Below are positions 1 through 9,500 of a stretch of 64,000 nucleotides of DNA, piece by piece (within the stretch, counting starts at the first letter, position 1; each line of letters starts with the position of its first letter). Under the pieces are notes generated by a model that saw only the letters and a program-made list of their open reading frames with translations, had not been told where the DNA came from and made no database searches. This stretch comes from a virus (taxonomy: Duplodnaviria > Caudoviricetes): IMG/VR virus record IMGVR_UViG_3300037067_007020, positions 37,226-101,225 of that record; one strand, written 5' to 3'. Both the position numbers and the translations under genes were made by a program.

Positions 1-2
1 TG

Positions 3-338
3 AAGAAGGATGAAGACGGTTCTCTTGTTCCAACAGGTAAAATTTATATAAAAGTATCTTCCAAGGCAGAGATAATGAAGAACGGTGTTGTTACTCCTTT
101 TAACATTAATTTCTTTGATGTGAACAATAACAAGTTGATTGATGTTGAAGAAATAGGAGACGGTTCTAAGTTAGCTGTTAGTGCTATTGTTAACATTTAT
201 TGTGGAGATAAGAGCGAGAAGACAATAGGAATTTCTCTTTGGTTAGGTGCGGTACAAATCATTAGTTTAAAGACATATGGTGACAATGGTGCTTCTTTTG
301 GGTTTAATGTTGAATCAGAAGAAATCAGTTCCGAATAA
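3..338 (+). CDS. T7 gp2.5/DUF2815-like single-stranded DNA-binding protein, 5'-truncated by the window edge
   Basis: Frame is open from base 3 (KKDEDGSLVPTGKIYIKVSSK...). IGDGSKLAV...GISLWLGAVQII plus an acidic C-terminal tail match the gp2.5-type OB fold. Confidence 0.7.
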   Translation, partial: KKDEDGSLVPTGKIYIKVSSKAEIMKNGVVTPFNINFFDVNNNKLIDVEEIGDGSKLAVSAIVNIYCGDKSEKTIGISLWLGAVQIISLKTYGDNGASFGFNVESEEISSE

Positions 339-355
339 TTAAAGGAGAAATAAGT

Positions 356-502
356 ATGAAAAAACTAGGACATTATATTTATCAATTTATCAGATTTAAT
401 AATCTTTTTATTCTCGGAACTTTATTATTAATTCTCTGTGTTATAATTATTATTCTTAGTTCAATTGCAATAGGAATACAACATTTAATTAGTTGGATTT
501 AA
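356..502 (+). CDS. small membrane protein (48 aa, not in ORF track)
   Basis: AGGAG RBS, ATG at 356, one long hydrophobic segment (LFILGTLLLILCVIIIILSSIAIGI), TAA at 500-502. Confidence 0.6.
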   Translation: MKKLGHYIYQFIRFNNLFILGTLLLILCVIIIILSSIAIGIQHLISWI

Positions 503-957
503 AGATTGTGTTAAACGAAGAAGAAATGAATAGACTTTTAGTAAACCAAGATGCTCTATTACCAAAAAATATGAAAAAGTTAAAAAGACTTGTTTATTCA
601 GAACCAATAAAAGGAGAAAATATCGTGACTAAAGGCAAGAAGGATGAATGTTCAAAGAATAACGATTGTAGTTGCATGAATCACGTAGATAGTCTTTTTG
701 TTTCTCCGCAAGTAGGAGAAATACAGATTTTACAAGGCAATTCTAATATAGGAAAATTAGAGTTCAATCGAAATGTACCTGAGGCCGAAACTGCATTTAA
801 AAGAGCAATAAGAGCAGATGAGGTATTTTCTATTCTCTGGGACATTGATCAAGAATGTAGAGGATGTTTAAAATATAATGTAGAAAACGCTAGTGATGTA
901 TTAGAAAAGATCAGAGATATGATTAATGAAACTGATTTAATGGACTTATATGTATAA
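493..957 (+). CDS. hypothetical protein
   Basis: 154-aa ORF tiled between neighbours; start uncertain. Confidence 0.6.
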   Translation: MDLKIVLNEEEMNRLLVNQDALLPKNMKKLKRLVYSEPIKGENIVTKGKKDECSKNNDCSCMNHVDSLFVSPQVGEIQILQGNSNIGKLEFNRNVPEAETAFKRAIRADEVFSILWDIDQECRGCLKYNVENASDVLEKIRDMINETDLMDLYV

Positions 958-1369
958 GAAGAATAAAACAAAGAAAGTTGTATTTGTTGTTTCTTTCGGA
1001 ACTTATAATAATAATTTATTAGTTTCTGTTGGTCAAACTTATAAAGAATTACAAAATTCTGCCAAAAAACTTCTCTTCAAAGGAACTATATTAGACAATG
1101 AAGATGTAAACTATTATATAACAGATCAATGTGTTTCTGGTCTTTTTCATAAAACAAATACAGGTGATTATGTGATTTGGTTGAAAGAATTTTCAAATAA
1201 ATGGTATTCTTATGAAGTTCTACTGCACGAGTTGCATCATGTTGTACACAATTTTTCATATTTTACTGCCATGACAAGAGAAATGGAAGCACAAGCGTAT
1301 TTGTTCGAACATCTGTTCAGGGAATCTAGAAAAAGGTTGGTAAACTATCATGAAAAAAATATTCAATGA
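950..1369 (+). CDS. zincin-like (HEXXH) metallopeptidase-domain protein
   Basis: VLLHELHHVVH followed by E-x-x-A-Y (EMEAQAYL). Confidence 0.65.
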   Translation: MYKKNKTKKVVFVVSFGTYNNNLLVSVGQTYKELQNSAKKLLFKGTILDNEDVNYYITDQCVSGLFHKTNTGDYVIWLKEFSNKWYSYEVLLHELHHVVHNFSYFTAMTREMEAQAYLFEHLFRESRKRLVNYHEKNIQ

Positions 1370-1583
1370 ACAAGATATTGAACATTTTTTAGAAATGCTT
1401 TGTTGGATAAGATATAAATCTAAACAAAAAAAAGATTATGTACTTGCAGACAAAATAAGAGAATTGATTATAGAGGGATTTGGCTACTCCATCGAAGATA
1501 ACAAAGACGGTTCTACCAAACTACTTGTTTCTAACAATAACCTCATAAGACTTCTAGAAAATAACAATAACAAAAACCCCTAA
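1350..1583 (+). CDS. stand-alone protein resembling the C-terminal anticodon-binding domain of cysteinyl-tRNA synthetase
   Basis: R..SKQKKDYVLADKIRELI...GYSIEDNKDGST matches the CysRS C-terminal pattern R..AR..KD(Y/F)..AD.IR..L...G..(I/L)ED...GT. Confidence 0.7.
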   Translation: MKKIFNEQDIEHFLEMLCWIRYKSKQKKDYVLADKIRELIIEGFGYSIEDNKDGSTKLLVSNNNLIRLLENNNNKNP

Positions 1584-1691
1584 TGTTGTGGGAGCAATTA
1601 TGTCGTTATCAAATCCTGTGTGTTTGTGAGTATTTCCGCACCCAGTAACAAACATAATGCCAATTAATAATAGTGATATTAAATATTTCAT
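1554..1691 (-). CDS. small lipoprotein (45 aa)
   Basis: AGGAG RBS before ATG 1691; MKYLISLLLIGIMFVTG-C lipobox; hydrophobic C-terminus. Confidence 0.55.
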   Translation of the reverse strand: MKYLISLLLIGIMFVTGCGNTHKHTGFDNDIIAPTTLGVFVIVIF

Positions 1692-2039
1692 TATAATGTT
1701 CTCCTTTTTTAATTTTTTGTTTCTTTTTTCTCTGCTTACCAAACATTTGCCCAGTTTTTATTCAATTTATTAGACATTTTGAGTTAATTATACTAAATCA
1801 ATAGTATTTTATTATACCTCTTTTCAGTAATCCTCTTGGTAGTTTAAGTATCAGAGTTATCGGAAAAAGAAACAATTGTACAGGAGTACAATGTAAGTTC
1901 TAGTTAGTAGTAATACAGCTTCAATTTAACAACCTTAAAAAATTATTTTTTGTTCAACATACTAATTTTGTAATACCTTTTGTTCTTCTTTTTGACTGAT
2001 TTCATCCAAGCCTCATTGGATTTATAAACGATATTTCAA

Positions 2040-2120
2040 TTACAACAACGAATAAATAAACGCAAGCACAATTATCAACATCAGTACAGTAGATAATACA
2101 AGGACAGTTGTTTCTGTCAT
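2040..2120 (-). CDS. putative 26-aa single-TM peptide
   Basis: AAAGGAG RBS then MTETTVLVLSTVLMLIIVLAFIYSLL*. Confidence 0.35.
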   Translation of the reverse strand: MTETTVLVLSTVLMLIIVLAFIYSLL

Positions 2121-2136
2121 TCTTATCTCTCCTTTG

Positions 2137-2850
2137 CTAAAAAATTTCTAATCCAATGCCTATAAAAGCCCTTTCTTTCCATCCGCTTTCATAAGTAAAT
2201 GCTATACCACACATTGTGGTAATGTTACCATATATTGTAGTAGATAGGCTCAAAGTACATGCTTTTGTGCCTAAACCTAACCCTAGATCAACTATGTCAA
2301 AAAAATGTATAGGATACCATCCGAGTTGTATGTCATTGACAATCTTCTTTTCTTCCCATATGTTAGTATATCCAATTCTTATGTCTGGATGGGTTTGTTT
2401 TATTATTTTAGTTTTTAAATCAACAGTAAGATAATGTCTCATGTAACCATAATCTAATATTCCATCAACTTTCTTACTTACAGAGATACCTTTTGTAGTC
2501 TGAATTACATTGATTGGGTCAATTTCTAACTTGGGAATGGCGTTCTCCAGCGTATATAGGTCTTTGTGTACATCCCCTATCTTTTGTGACCCTGTAGAAG
2601 GATTTTTAACCTCTTTGTAGACTATTTTTTCTTTAAACTCTACCTTTGGTTTTATAGAAAGTATTCTTTCGATTGTTCCCCTTGGTATTGTTATTGAATC
2701 TCCTAGGTTTCCAATTTCTTGAGGTTTAAAATAATTATTATAAATGCACAATCCATTAAAAAACAGAGAAATTGAAAAAATAACATAAAACAGTGTTTTT
2801 TTATTTGCCCAAAGGCTGTTCCATATCTTCTGAATTACTTTGATTTTCAT
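2137..2850 (-). CDS. membrane-anchored protein, spanin-like candidate
   Basis: N-terminal TM; C-terminal amphipathic beta strands ending FIGIGLEIF; follows holin-like genes. Confidence 0.45.
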   Translation of the reverse strand: MKIKVIQKIWNSLWANKKTLFYVIFSISLFFNGLCIYNNYFKPQEIGNLGDSITIPRGTIERILSIKPKVEFKEKIVYKEVKNPSTGSQKIGDVHKDLYTLENAIPKLEIDPINVIQTTKGISVSKKVDGILDYGYMRHYLTVDLKTKIIKQTHPDIRIGYTNIWEEKKIVNDIQLGWYPIHFFDIVDLGLGLGTKACTLSLSTTIYGNITTMCGIAFTYESGWKERAFIGIGLEIF

Positions 2851-3121
2851 AGTTTTTATTTCCTCTCCAAGAATCTATTCCTGCTATCAAAAGACTCTTA
2901 CTACCATATGTTGTAATTGATGCTATATAAATTGCAGAATCTAATATTAAATCCCCGTGTCTTAAAACAGCAACTAAAAAATCTAAAGGAAGAATAATTA
3001 AAGTAACCATGATCATTTGTAATGTTATAAAACTAGCTACTTTCCATATTATTCTTTTTAAAGAAGCATTAGCAACATCTTTCAATTTTTCCTTAATTAT
3101 CATTTTTCTCTCCGTTTTCAT
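2801..3121 (-). CDS. holin-like membrane protein
   Basis: 106 aa, hydrophobic segments, charged termini, located at the end of the tail module. Confidence 0.45.
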   Translation of the reverse strand: MKTERKMIIKEKLKDVANASLKRIIWKVASFITLQMIMVTLIILPLDFLVAVLRHGDLILDSAIYIASITTYGSKSLLIAGIDSWRGNKNYENQSNSEDMEQPLGK

Positions 3122-3396
3122 TAGAAAAATATACTAATTGCTGACATAACAATAAATCCTATTAACGAAATACCTCCTGCTACACTTGCAGCTATGACTG
3201 AAACTTTTGATGTGAGGTTTTTTCGAAAATCCGAGTTTTTTTCATTTTCAACGGCTAATGATTTAAAGTTTTCGTCTTTATCTACTTTTTGTTCTAACTT
3301 GTTTTTAATTTCGTGGACAGTTTCATTTATATCTTCTACCTTTGCTGTTAAATATCCTATTTTTTGTATTATTTCTGATCTTTCGTTGTCTGTCAT
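3121..3396 (-). CDS. coiled-coil protein with C-terminal TM (holin/XhlA-like)
   Basis: AGGAGG RBS before ATG 3396 (MTDNERS...); heptad region, then VSVIAASVAGGISLIGFIVMSAISIFF. Confidence 0.55.
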   Translation of the reverse strand: MTDNERSEIIQKIGYLTAKVEDINETVHEIKNKLEQKVDKDENFKSLAVENEKNSDFRKNLTSKVSVIAASVAGGISLIGFIVMSAISIFF

Positions 3397-3413
3397 ATAC
3401 ACAATCCTCCTTT

Positions 3414-4076
3414 TTAGTTCATAAAAAATATTTTTACACAAACTCCACTGTTTTCAACCATTCGTGTGCAATTTATCCCATCGGTTTTTGGTTCTCCTGT
3501 TGATATATTTACACAGTCAGAAGTATTGGCAATTCCTGGGTCAGCAAAAACAGAGAATTTGGATGTGTCTACATATTCTAAATATATACCTATTCTTCTT
3601 CCTGTACTAGTGTGATCTAATTGCCAAGAATCAGAATGTTCTATATTAACCTTAATTGTTTTGCCCGAAATCATTCCGTCTATACTGTCAGCATAAACAG
3701 ATGAGGATTTGGCATCGTTATAATCATTTCTTGTTATCTGATTTGTAGAAACCAGATTAATAATGTTTGGTTTAGTATTCATTCCATGATTAAAAATATG
3801 TGAACCGGGAGTATCAATATAAATCCAATCAGATTCCCAAGTATTAAAAATTTCGTTAGTCGATTTAAACTCAGATAAAATCGAAAGATCGTCTATTGTC
3901 AAAGGTCCTATGTTAACACCAGAAACTAAATCTGAACTATCGGTTCCGTTGTGTGAATGATTGTAAAGAGTTTCCTGTTCCAAATAATAATGATTGTAAT
4001 TTTGAAAACTCTGTGAATCAAAAACTTTGCCTTCGCTTAGTCCAGAAATATGTGTTTGTTCTATATAAGTACTCAT
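3414..4076 (-). CDS. short tail fibre/receptor-binding protein, paralog 3
   Basis: N-NH-YL...HSHNG N-terminus and W.SDW...H.M...P motif shared with the two upstream ORFs. Confidence 0.55.
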   Translation of the reverse strand: MSTYIEQTHISGLSEGKVFDSQSFQNYNHYYLEQETLYNHSHNGTDSSDLVSGVNIGPLTIDDLSILSEFKSTNEIFNTWESDWIYIDTPGSHIFNHGMNTKPNIINLVSTNQITRNDYNDAKSSSVYADSIDGMISGKTIKVNIEHSDSWQLDHTSTGRRIGIYLEYVDTSKFSVFADPGIANTSDCVNISTGEPKTDGINCTRMVENSGVCVKIFFMN

Positions 4077-4100
4077 TTTTATTTTCCTCTTTAGAATGTT

Positions 4101-4664
4101 TTAAAACAAACAAACTATTCTGCAATAACAATTCTCAGTCATTCCTGTATAAAACAAAGATGTTCCTGCTGAATCTTTTCCTTCGTTAAACTGAACCGTA
4201 ACTGAATCAAAATTTATATCATAACAATAAAATCCTCTAGTTTGAAAACTTCCTCCGTTAGAATTTTTCATATCTAATTGAGCAATCTGATAACGTACGG
4301 GAGGATTTATTGTTCCGTCTGCTATTTGACACTGAACTAATTTTGGGAATTTTTGTGCATTGTGAGCAAATACAGTAGCGTTTGTTTTGTCAACAGAAGT
4401 CCAATCTGATATATATAAATACCCTCCGTCTTCAATTAATCCCAATAATTTCGATAAGGTAAGATTAGTACTTTTTATAGTGTCTGTAACAAAAGGTCCG
4501 TGGTTTACTGTATTCTTCAATTCTCCACCATTTCCATAATTGTTATGATCATGTTCTTCGACTATTATAGTATTGAGGTATTCATGATTTTTATTTTCAT
4601 AAAAACCATTGATTACGTCGCCTTTTTTATAAATATATGGTATGTTTGTTCCTGTAGCTACCAT
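4101..4664 (-). CDS. short tail fibre/receptor-binding protein, paralog 2
   Basis: ENKNHEYL...HDHN; YISDW...FAHNAQKFPKLV. Confidence 0.55.
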   Translation of the reverse strand: MVATGTNIPYIYKKGDVINGFYENKNHEYLNTIIVEEHDHNNYGNGGELKNTVNHGPFVTDTIKSTNLTLSKLLGLIEDGGYLYISDWTSVDKTNATVFAHNAQKFPKLVQCQIADGTINPPVRYQIAQLDMKNSNGGSFQTRGFYCYDINFDSVTVQFNEGKDSAGTSLFYTGMTENCYCRIVCLF

Positions 4665-4681
4665 TGTTTTTCCTTTTTTTT

Positions 4682-5236
4682 CTAAACTAAAAGTAATATT
4701 CTGTACATATATAAAGGACTTGCAGTATAAAATCCTATTTTTAGTGTTAATTCTGTCGCAGATATATCTCCTATCTGCGCTCCGTATTCGTAAACAACAT
4801 CATAATGTTCGCTACGATAGTTGTTGCTCCACGAATTTTTAACTCCAACGTCTCCTTCGCTTTCAGCAACTTCTTCTTGCAAAAAAGAAAATGTCGGTAT
4901 TATACCTAAAGTATGTTTGATAGTTTTCCAATAATAACATACGTTTTTGTTTGGACGATCTGGATATACTTTAGTAAAACCATCTTCTGAGTCAAACTGT
5001 TTCCATCCACTATCCCAATGTTTAATCGTGTCTTCAATATTAACTTTGTTTTTTATAATCAAACTATCTGTAGTAAATACTCCTGATACACTAGCTTCTT
5101 CTAAAGGAGAACCAAAACTACCGTCATGTGTATGATACCATAAGTTTCTTTCAAGAAATTTGTGATTAACATTTTCATTTTTGTAGTCAACAAATTTATC
5201 GTCTTCGTATATGTGAGGTATTTTGTCGTATGTCAT
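4682..5236 (-). CDS. short tail fibre/receptor-binding protein, paralog 1
   Basis: ENVNHKFL...HTHDG; WDSGW...HTLGIIP. Confidence 0.55.
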   Translation of the reverse strand: MTYDKIPHIYEDDKFVDYKNENVNHKFLERNLWYHTHDGSFGSPLEEASVSGVFTTDSLIIKNKVNIEDTIKHWDSGWKQFDSEDGFTKVYPDRPNKNVCYYWKTIKHTLGIIPTFSFLQEEVAESEGDVGVKNSWSNNYRSEHYDVVYEYGAQIGDISATELTLKIGFYTASPLYMYRILLLV

Positions 5237-5246
5237 GTATGTTTCC

Positions 5247-5774
5247 TTAAAAAACTATGTTATATTCTCCAATAACTACTTCGTTATTGTTTTTAAAAAA
5301 ATCAAATCCAGTTGTTCTACAAAATAGTAAAGGAGACTCTCCACTAAGTCCAGTCATTACTAATCCTAGTTCTCTCCAATTTCCTACGTGTTGACCAGAA
5401 GGAGATGCAAAGGTAAGTTTCATGATTCTTTTCGTTTGAGCATAATTTGTTTCCCATGTATTATTGTCAATGTCAGATATAAAATTATTTACAGTATCTT
5501 CTGTGTCATTTATTTGTCTTATTGTTGTTCGGTTTGCTGTATCGTACATTGAACTAAAAACGGTTTTAGGATTTTCTTGTTCGTCAGAATATCCTACTAT
5601 AAATTTATTAATTTTTCTTGTGTCCAAATATCCACTAACAAAATTTTGTTTAAACATTTTAGACTCTATCAGTTCAACAAACTGATCAACAATAACATTT
5701 GAAGAATTAATTTCCTCAACTAAATTGTTATTTTCATCATATTTTTTAAACGAAAAAAATCCGCCTATATTCAT
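5247..5774 (-). CDS. tail/baseplate fibre-attachment protein (tail-collar-fibre-like), paralog of 5786-6541
   Basis: G.F...N.I.....W.ELGL...LFCRT...K pattern; position after the tail hub. Confidence 0.5.
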   Translation of the reverse strand: MNIGGFFSFKKYDENNNLVEEINSSNVIVDQFVELIESKMFKQNFVSGYLDTRKINKFIVGYSDEQENPKTVFSSMYDTANRTTIRQINDTEDTVNNFISDIDNNTWETNYAQTKRIMKLTFASPSGQHVGNWRELGLVMTGLSGESPLLFCRTTGFDFFKNNNEVVIGEYNIVF

Positions 5775-5785
5775 TTTAATTCCTT

Positions 5786-6541
5786 TTAAAAAAACAAACT
5801 ATATTTTACACACTGTCTTACACCTTTGGCTTTAAACATTGGAGGTAAAACAGTACGAGAAAATAAATATCTTTGTCCATTAAAATAAGCCACTAAAGAC
5901 ACGTTATTCCATTTTTTGTTATTATCAACATCATTTAACCATCCATCTATTTCTACTGTCTGTATTTTTATATCTTCATAAGAAGATTTGTTTCTAAACA
6001 TTGAAGATATTAAATTTTTGCTATATCCTTCAGTAGACAAAAGATTTTCCGCTTTAACATATGATTTGTTCGAAACTAGGTTCATTGAAGTTCCTATGAG
6101 ATTTTTTCCTGTAATTGCTGTATATAAATTGTTTTTTAGCTTATGTCCTACCATGACCGTATTTTCTCTTGGTGCTTCCTCTGCATTATAAGAAACCGTC
6201 TCAACAAAACCTTCGTTAGATAAAACAATGCCATTTAATATAATCATATTGTTATCAATTTTAAAAAATTCGCTTCCTATATCTATTTCAATTATTTCTT
6301 CATCTGTTTGTGTATTTAGTCCTAAATAACTATCCGTTGTTAATGTAAAATTTCTTCCAGTACCTATTCTAAATTTCCAATCCATAACAGGAACATAGTT
6401 ATTTAAAAGACACATAGCAATTAACGATGTTCCTTCATTTGTAATTGTATTAGGAACATTAAATTCTTCATATGATACATTGTTTGTATCTATGTTGTTG
6501 ATTGTAAAAACTCCTTGTATTTTATTATTTTCTTTAAACAT
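5786..6541 (-). CDS. tail/baseplate fibre-attachment protein
   Basis: GVFTI...NTITNEG...RIGTG...WNNVSLV...LFSRTVLPPMFK. Confidence 0.5.
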   Translation of the reverse strand: MFKENNKIQGVFTINNIDTNNVSYEEFNVPNTITNEGTSLIAMCLLNNYVPVMDWKFRIGTGRNFTLTTDSYLGLNTQTDEEIIEIDIGSEFFKIDNNMIILNGIVLSNEGFVETVSYNAEEAPRENTVMVGHKLKNNLYTAITGKNLIGTSMNLVSNKSYVKAENLLSTEGYSKNLISSMFRNKSSYEDIKIQTVEIDGWLNDVDNNKKWNNVSLVAYFNGQRYLFSRTVLPPMFKAKGVRQCVKYSLFF

Positions 6542-6545
6542 TTTT

Positions 6546-9500
6546 TTAAATCTCGATTTGTTGAATTTTAGATACCTGAGAAGCGTTTTTAATTATATCA
6601 TATCTGCTTTTTATTTGGTCTTCTGTTAATATTCCGCTATGCATTGCAATCGTATCTATATAAACAGCAGTCGAACCATTGTACAGATTAACGGTGTGTG
6701 TATCAGTAGCAAATCTTCCTATTTCTAAAGGTAAAGTCAGATCATCCCCAGCTTCTACAAAAGTACTATTGGCAGGAAGAGAAACTGTTTCTCCTACATA
6801 TGTTCCGTCTATATAAACTTTTCCAGAAACATCGTTTCTTATAAAAGCATAATAATGCCATTTTCCGTCATCTATCGGACCACCTATTATGTCTTGAACT
6901 GCCAGTGATGTGTTATAATTGGTTCCACTACATGTAAATGTAAAACTATAGTTTCCAAATAGTTGATGTATGCCTATTTGATCAATAGTTTGGCCTGTTC
7001 TGCCTATGTTATAAAACATATCGTATGTTTGAAATCCAGCTAATGCTCCTGTATCATATTTCATGACAGTTTCTAGTGTATAAAAAGGATAGTTCATAAA
7101 ATTTTGTCTTGGAGTTGTAAATGTTTCGGCCCAATCTGTTCCACAACCAGAAAAATAAATCGCATTTCCGTTTATAAAACCAGTTGAGATTGTGCCACTA
7201 ACAAGACTTCCTGCATACTGACCTATTACTTCATTTGTTACATACCCTGAAGTAAATGTTGTTGATAATGTATGTTTCAACTTTGTGTTATCTAAAATAG
7301 GAAGTGTTTCTTGTGTTGTTATGTTATATCTTTCAAGCTTTAAACCATAATCCAAACCTTTGTTATAGTGTCGAGTAGAATTATAATCTTTTGGTCTTTC
7401 GATTTTTTCAGAAACATCGTTCCAAAATTCTAAGGGATTATATTCCGTACTAGTTTTTCTCATAATATCAAACAAATCTTTTAGCGTTTCGTCATATCTA
7501 GGTTCTTCGTTATTAAGATTAACATGGGTCTGAACAAGACCATTTTTGTAAGTATGACTAATGCTTACTGATGTATTTTTTATTTCTGCATCCTCTGGAA
7601 CTTTAGAGTTCCATTTAGTATTTGTGTTTCCAATTATGTTTTTATTATAAAAAGATTTGTCTTTCATTTGGTCATGATAAAATCCTCTTATGTTGATAAG
7701 TTCGTTTCTTTTTAACGAAATGTCTCCAAATGGCAAATCAAATTCTATTGATTTAGAAGGAAATGCCGATTTATCAAGTTCTGAAAGAATAACTAAATCT
7801 GCTGCCGAATAACTTGTTATGTTGTTATCGTTAATAGTTTTCTTTCTTGAACCATATATTTCAACAGATTCTTGTACCTTTCCCGTTCGTTTAACAAGAG
7901 TTTCTCTTTCGTCAGACCATTTAGAATCATAGTTTGCAACAAAAATAGCATTTTCAAATATAGGTTTGTTGGCAGAGTCTTTTTTTATGTTTGGCAATAT
8001 GTCATTAAATATTATGTTATTGTTTGTTATTGTAACATCAGAATCGGAAAAATAATTAAATCCCATGTTATTAATGCCGATTCCTGAAACAGTTGTTTCT
8101 ACATTAGTTATGTTGTCAGGATAAATCCAAAATTGATCTTGATCTTCTCCTGTAGTATTAAAATTTGTAAATCCATCTGGAGGGTTAAAATCTAGTCCAA
8201 CAAACAAGTCTTTTCCGTTTGTCATTGTGTTTGTATACAATAAATCATAATTGCTGTTTGTGCTAGTTATTATTCTGCCTTTTAATCCGGCATTTGTTCC
8301 TTTAACTATCAAAAAATTCCAATCAGAATATGTTCCGCTTCCAATCATTGTTTCTTTTACGGGAAAATAAGAACTCCAAAATCCTGATAGATATGTATCA
8401 TGATAATATTCAGACTCTTCTCCTGATGTTGCAACAAAATTCATTACATTAACACCTTCTACCATTCCTTGTGGAAGTGCATACAATTTCCAAGTTCCTG
8501 AAGAAGATGTTGTATCTATCGGATATTCTGTTGTAAGTTGTTTTGTATCATCAGAAAATATGTTTATGTTGTTAAAAGAAGACTTTCCTTCAATTCTTTC
8601 AACAACATTTCCTCCGATTAACTTAATTTCATTAATTATTTGAGAAGAATCTTGTGTTTTTTTAAAATTTTGTATGTCATGTTTTCGATAATATACTTTA
8701 TCTGGGTATGTGTTAGGTACTCTGAAGTAAAGTATTTCTTCGATGTCTCCATTTTCATTAATTCTAGGTTCTATCCAAAAATTAGCTCCAACTTGCTTGG
8801 CAATTCGGTCAATAGCATTAGGAATATTTTCTTCATTAAATATTATATACTCTATGTTCGATATATTAACTGGTTCGTCGGTTACATAGTTTCCATTTTC
8901 ATCATAAGTTCCGCCAATAGATTCGTCCGTATACGAAACCCTAGTTCCTTTATAAAATTCATCTATTATATGTTTTACAATATCTTTTGCAGTTCTATTA
9001 ATATAAACATAGTTGACTGTGTTATAATTAAGTTCGTGTAATGCATCTATAGCCTGAACCTGTAATATAGACGAATCATCATCCGATTGTCCTACTTGTG
9101 TTACATTTCCAACAAATATTATGTCAGAAGAAAAATCAATAGAATTATTTTCGCTGTTACCAAAAACTGCTATCATACAATCTGTATCTATTTCTCCAAT
9201 TTCCTCGTATCTTCTTTTGTGTTGTAAATCTAGAGTAGATGCCGTTTTGTTTATTCCTAATTTTAAATTAATGTCATCGATATCCATTGCAAGGTCTTTG
9301 TTTTGCATCCATTCTCTATTTGACCCAAAATAACGAATCGCAAGTTTGGATTGACCTTTGTTTAATTTTTTATTATGCCCTTGAACAAATCTTTCGGGAC
9401 AATATTTTCTGTTTCCGTTAATATAAACAGGAATGTTTGCTATTCTATAACCTTCCCCATTAGATTTATTCACATAACCCATAATACGAATTAAACCCAT

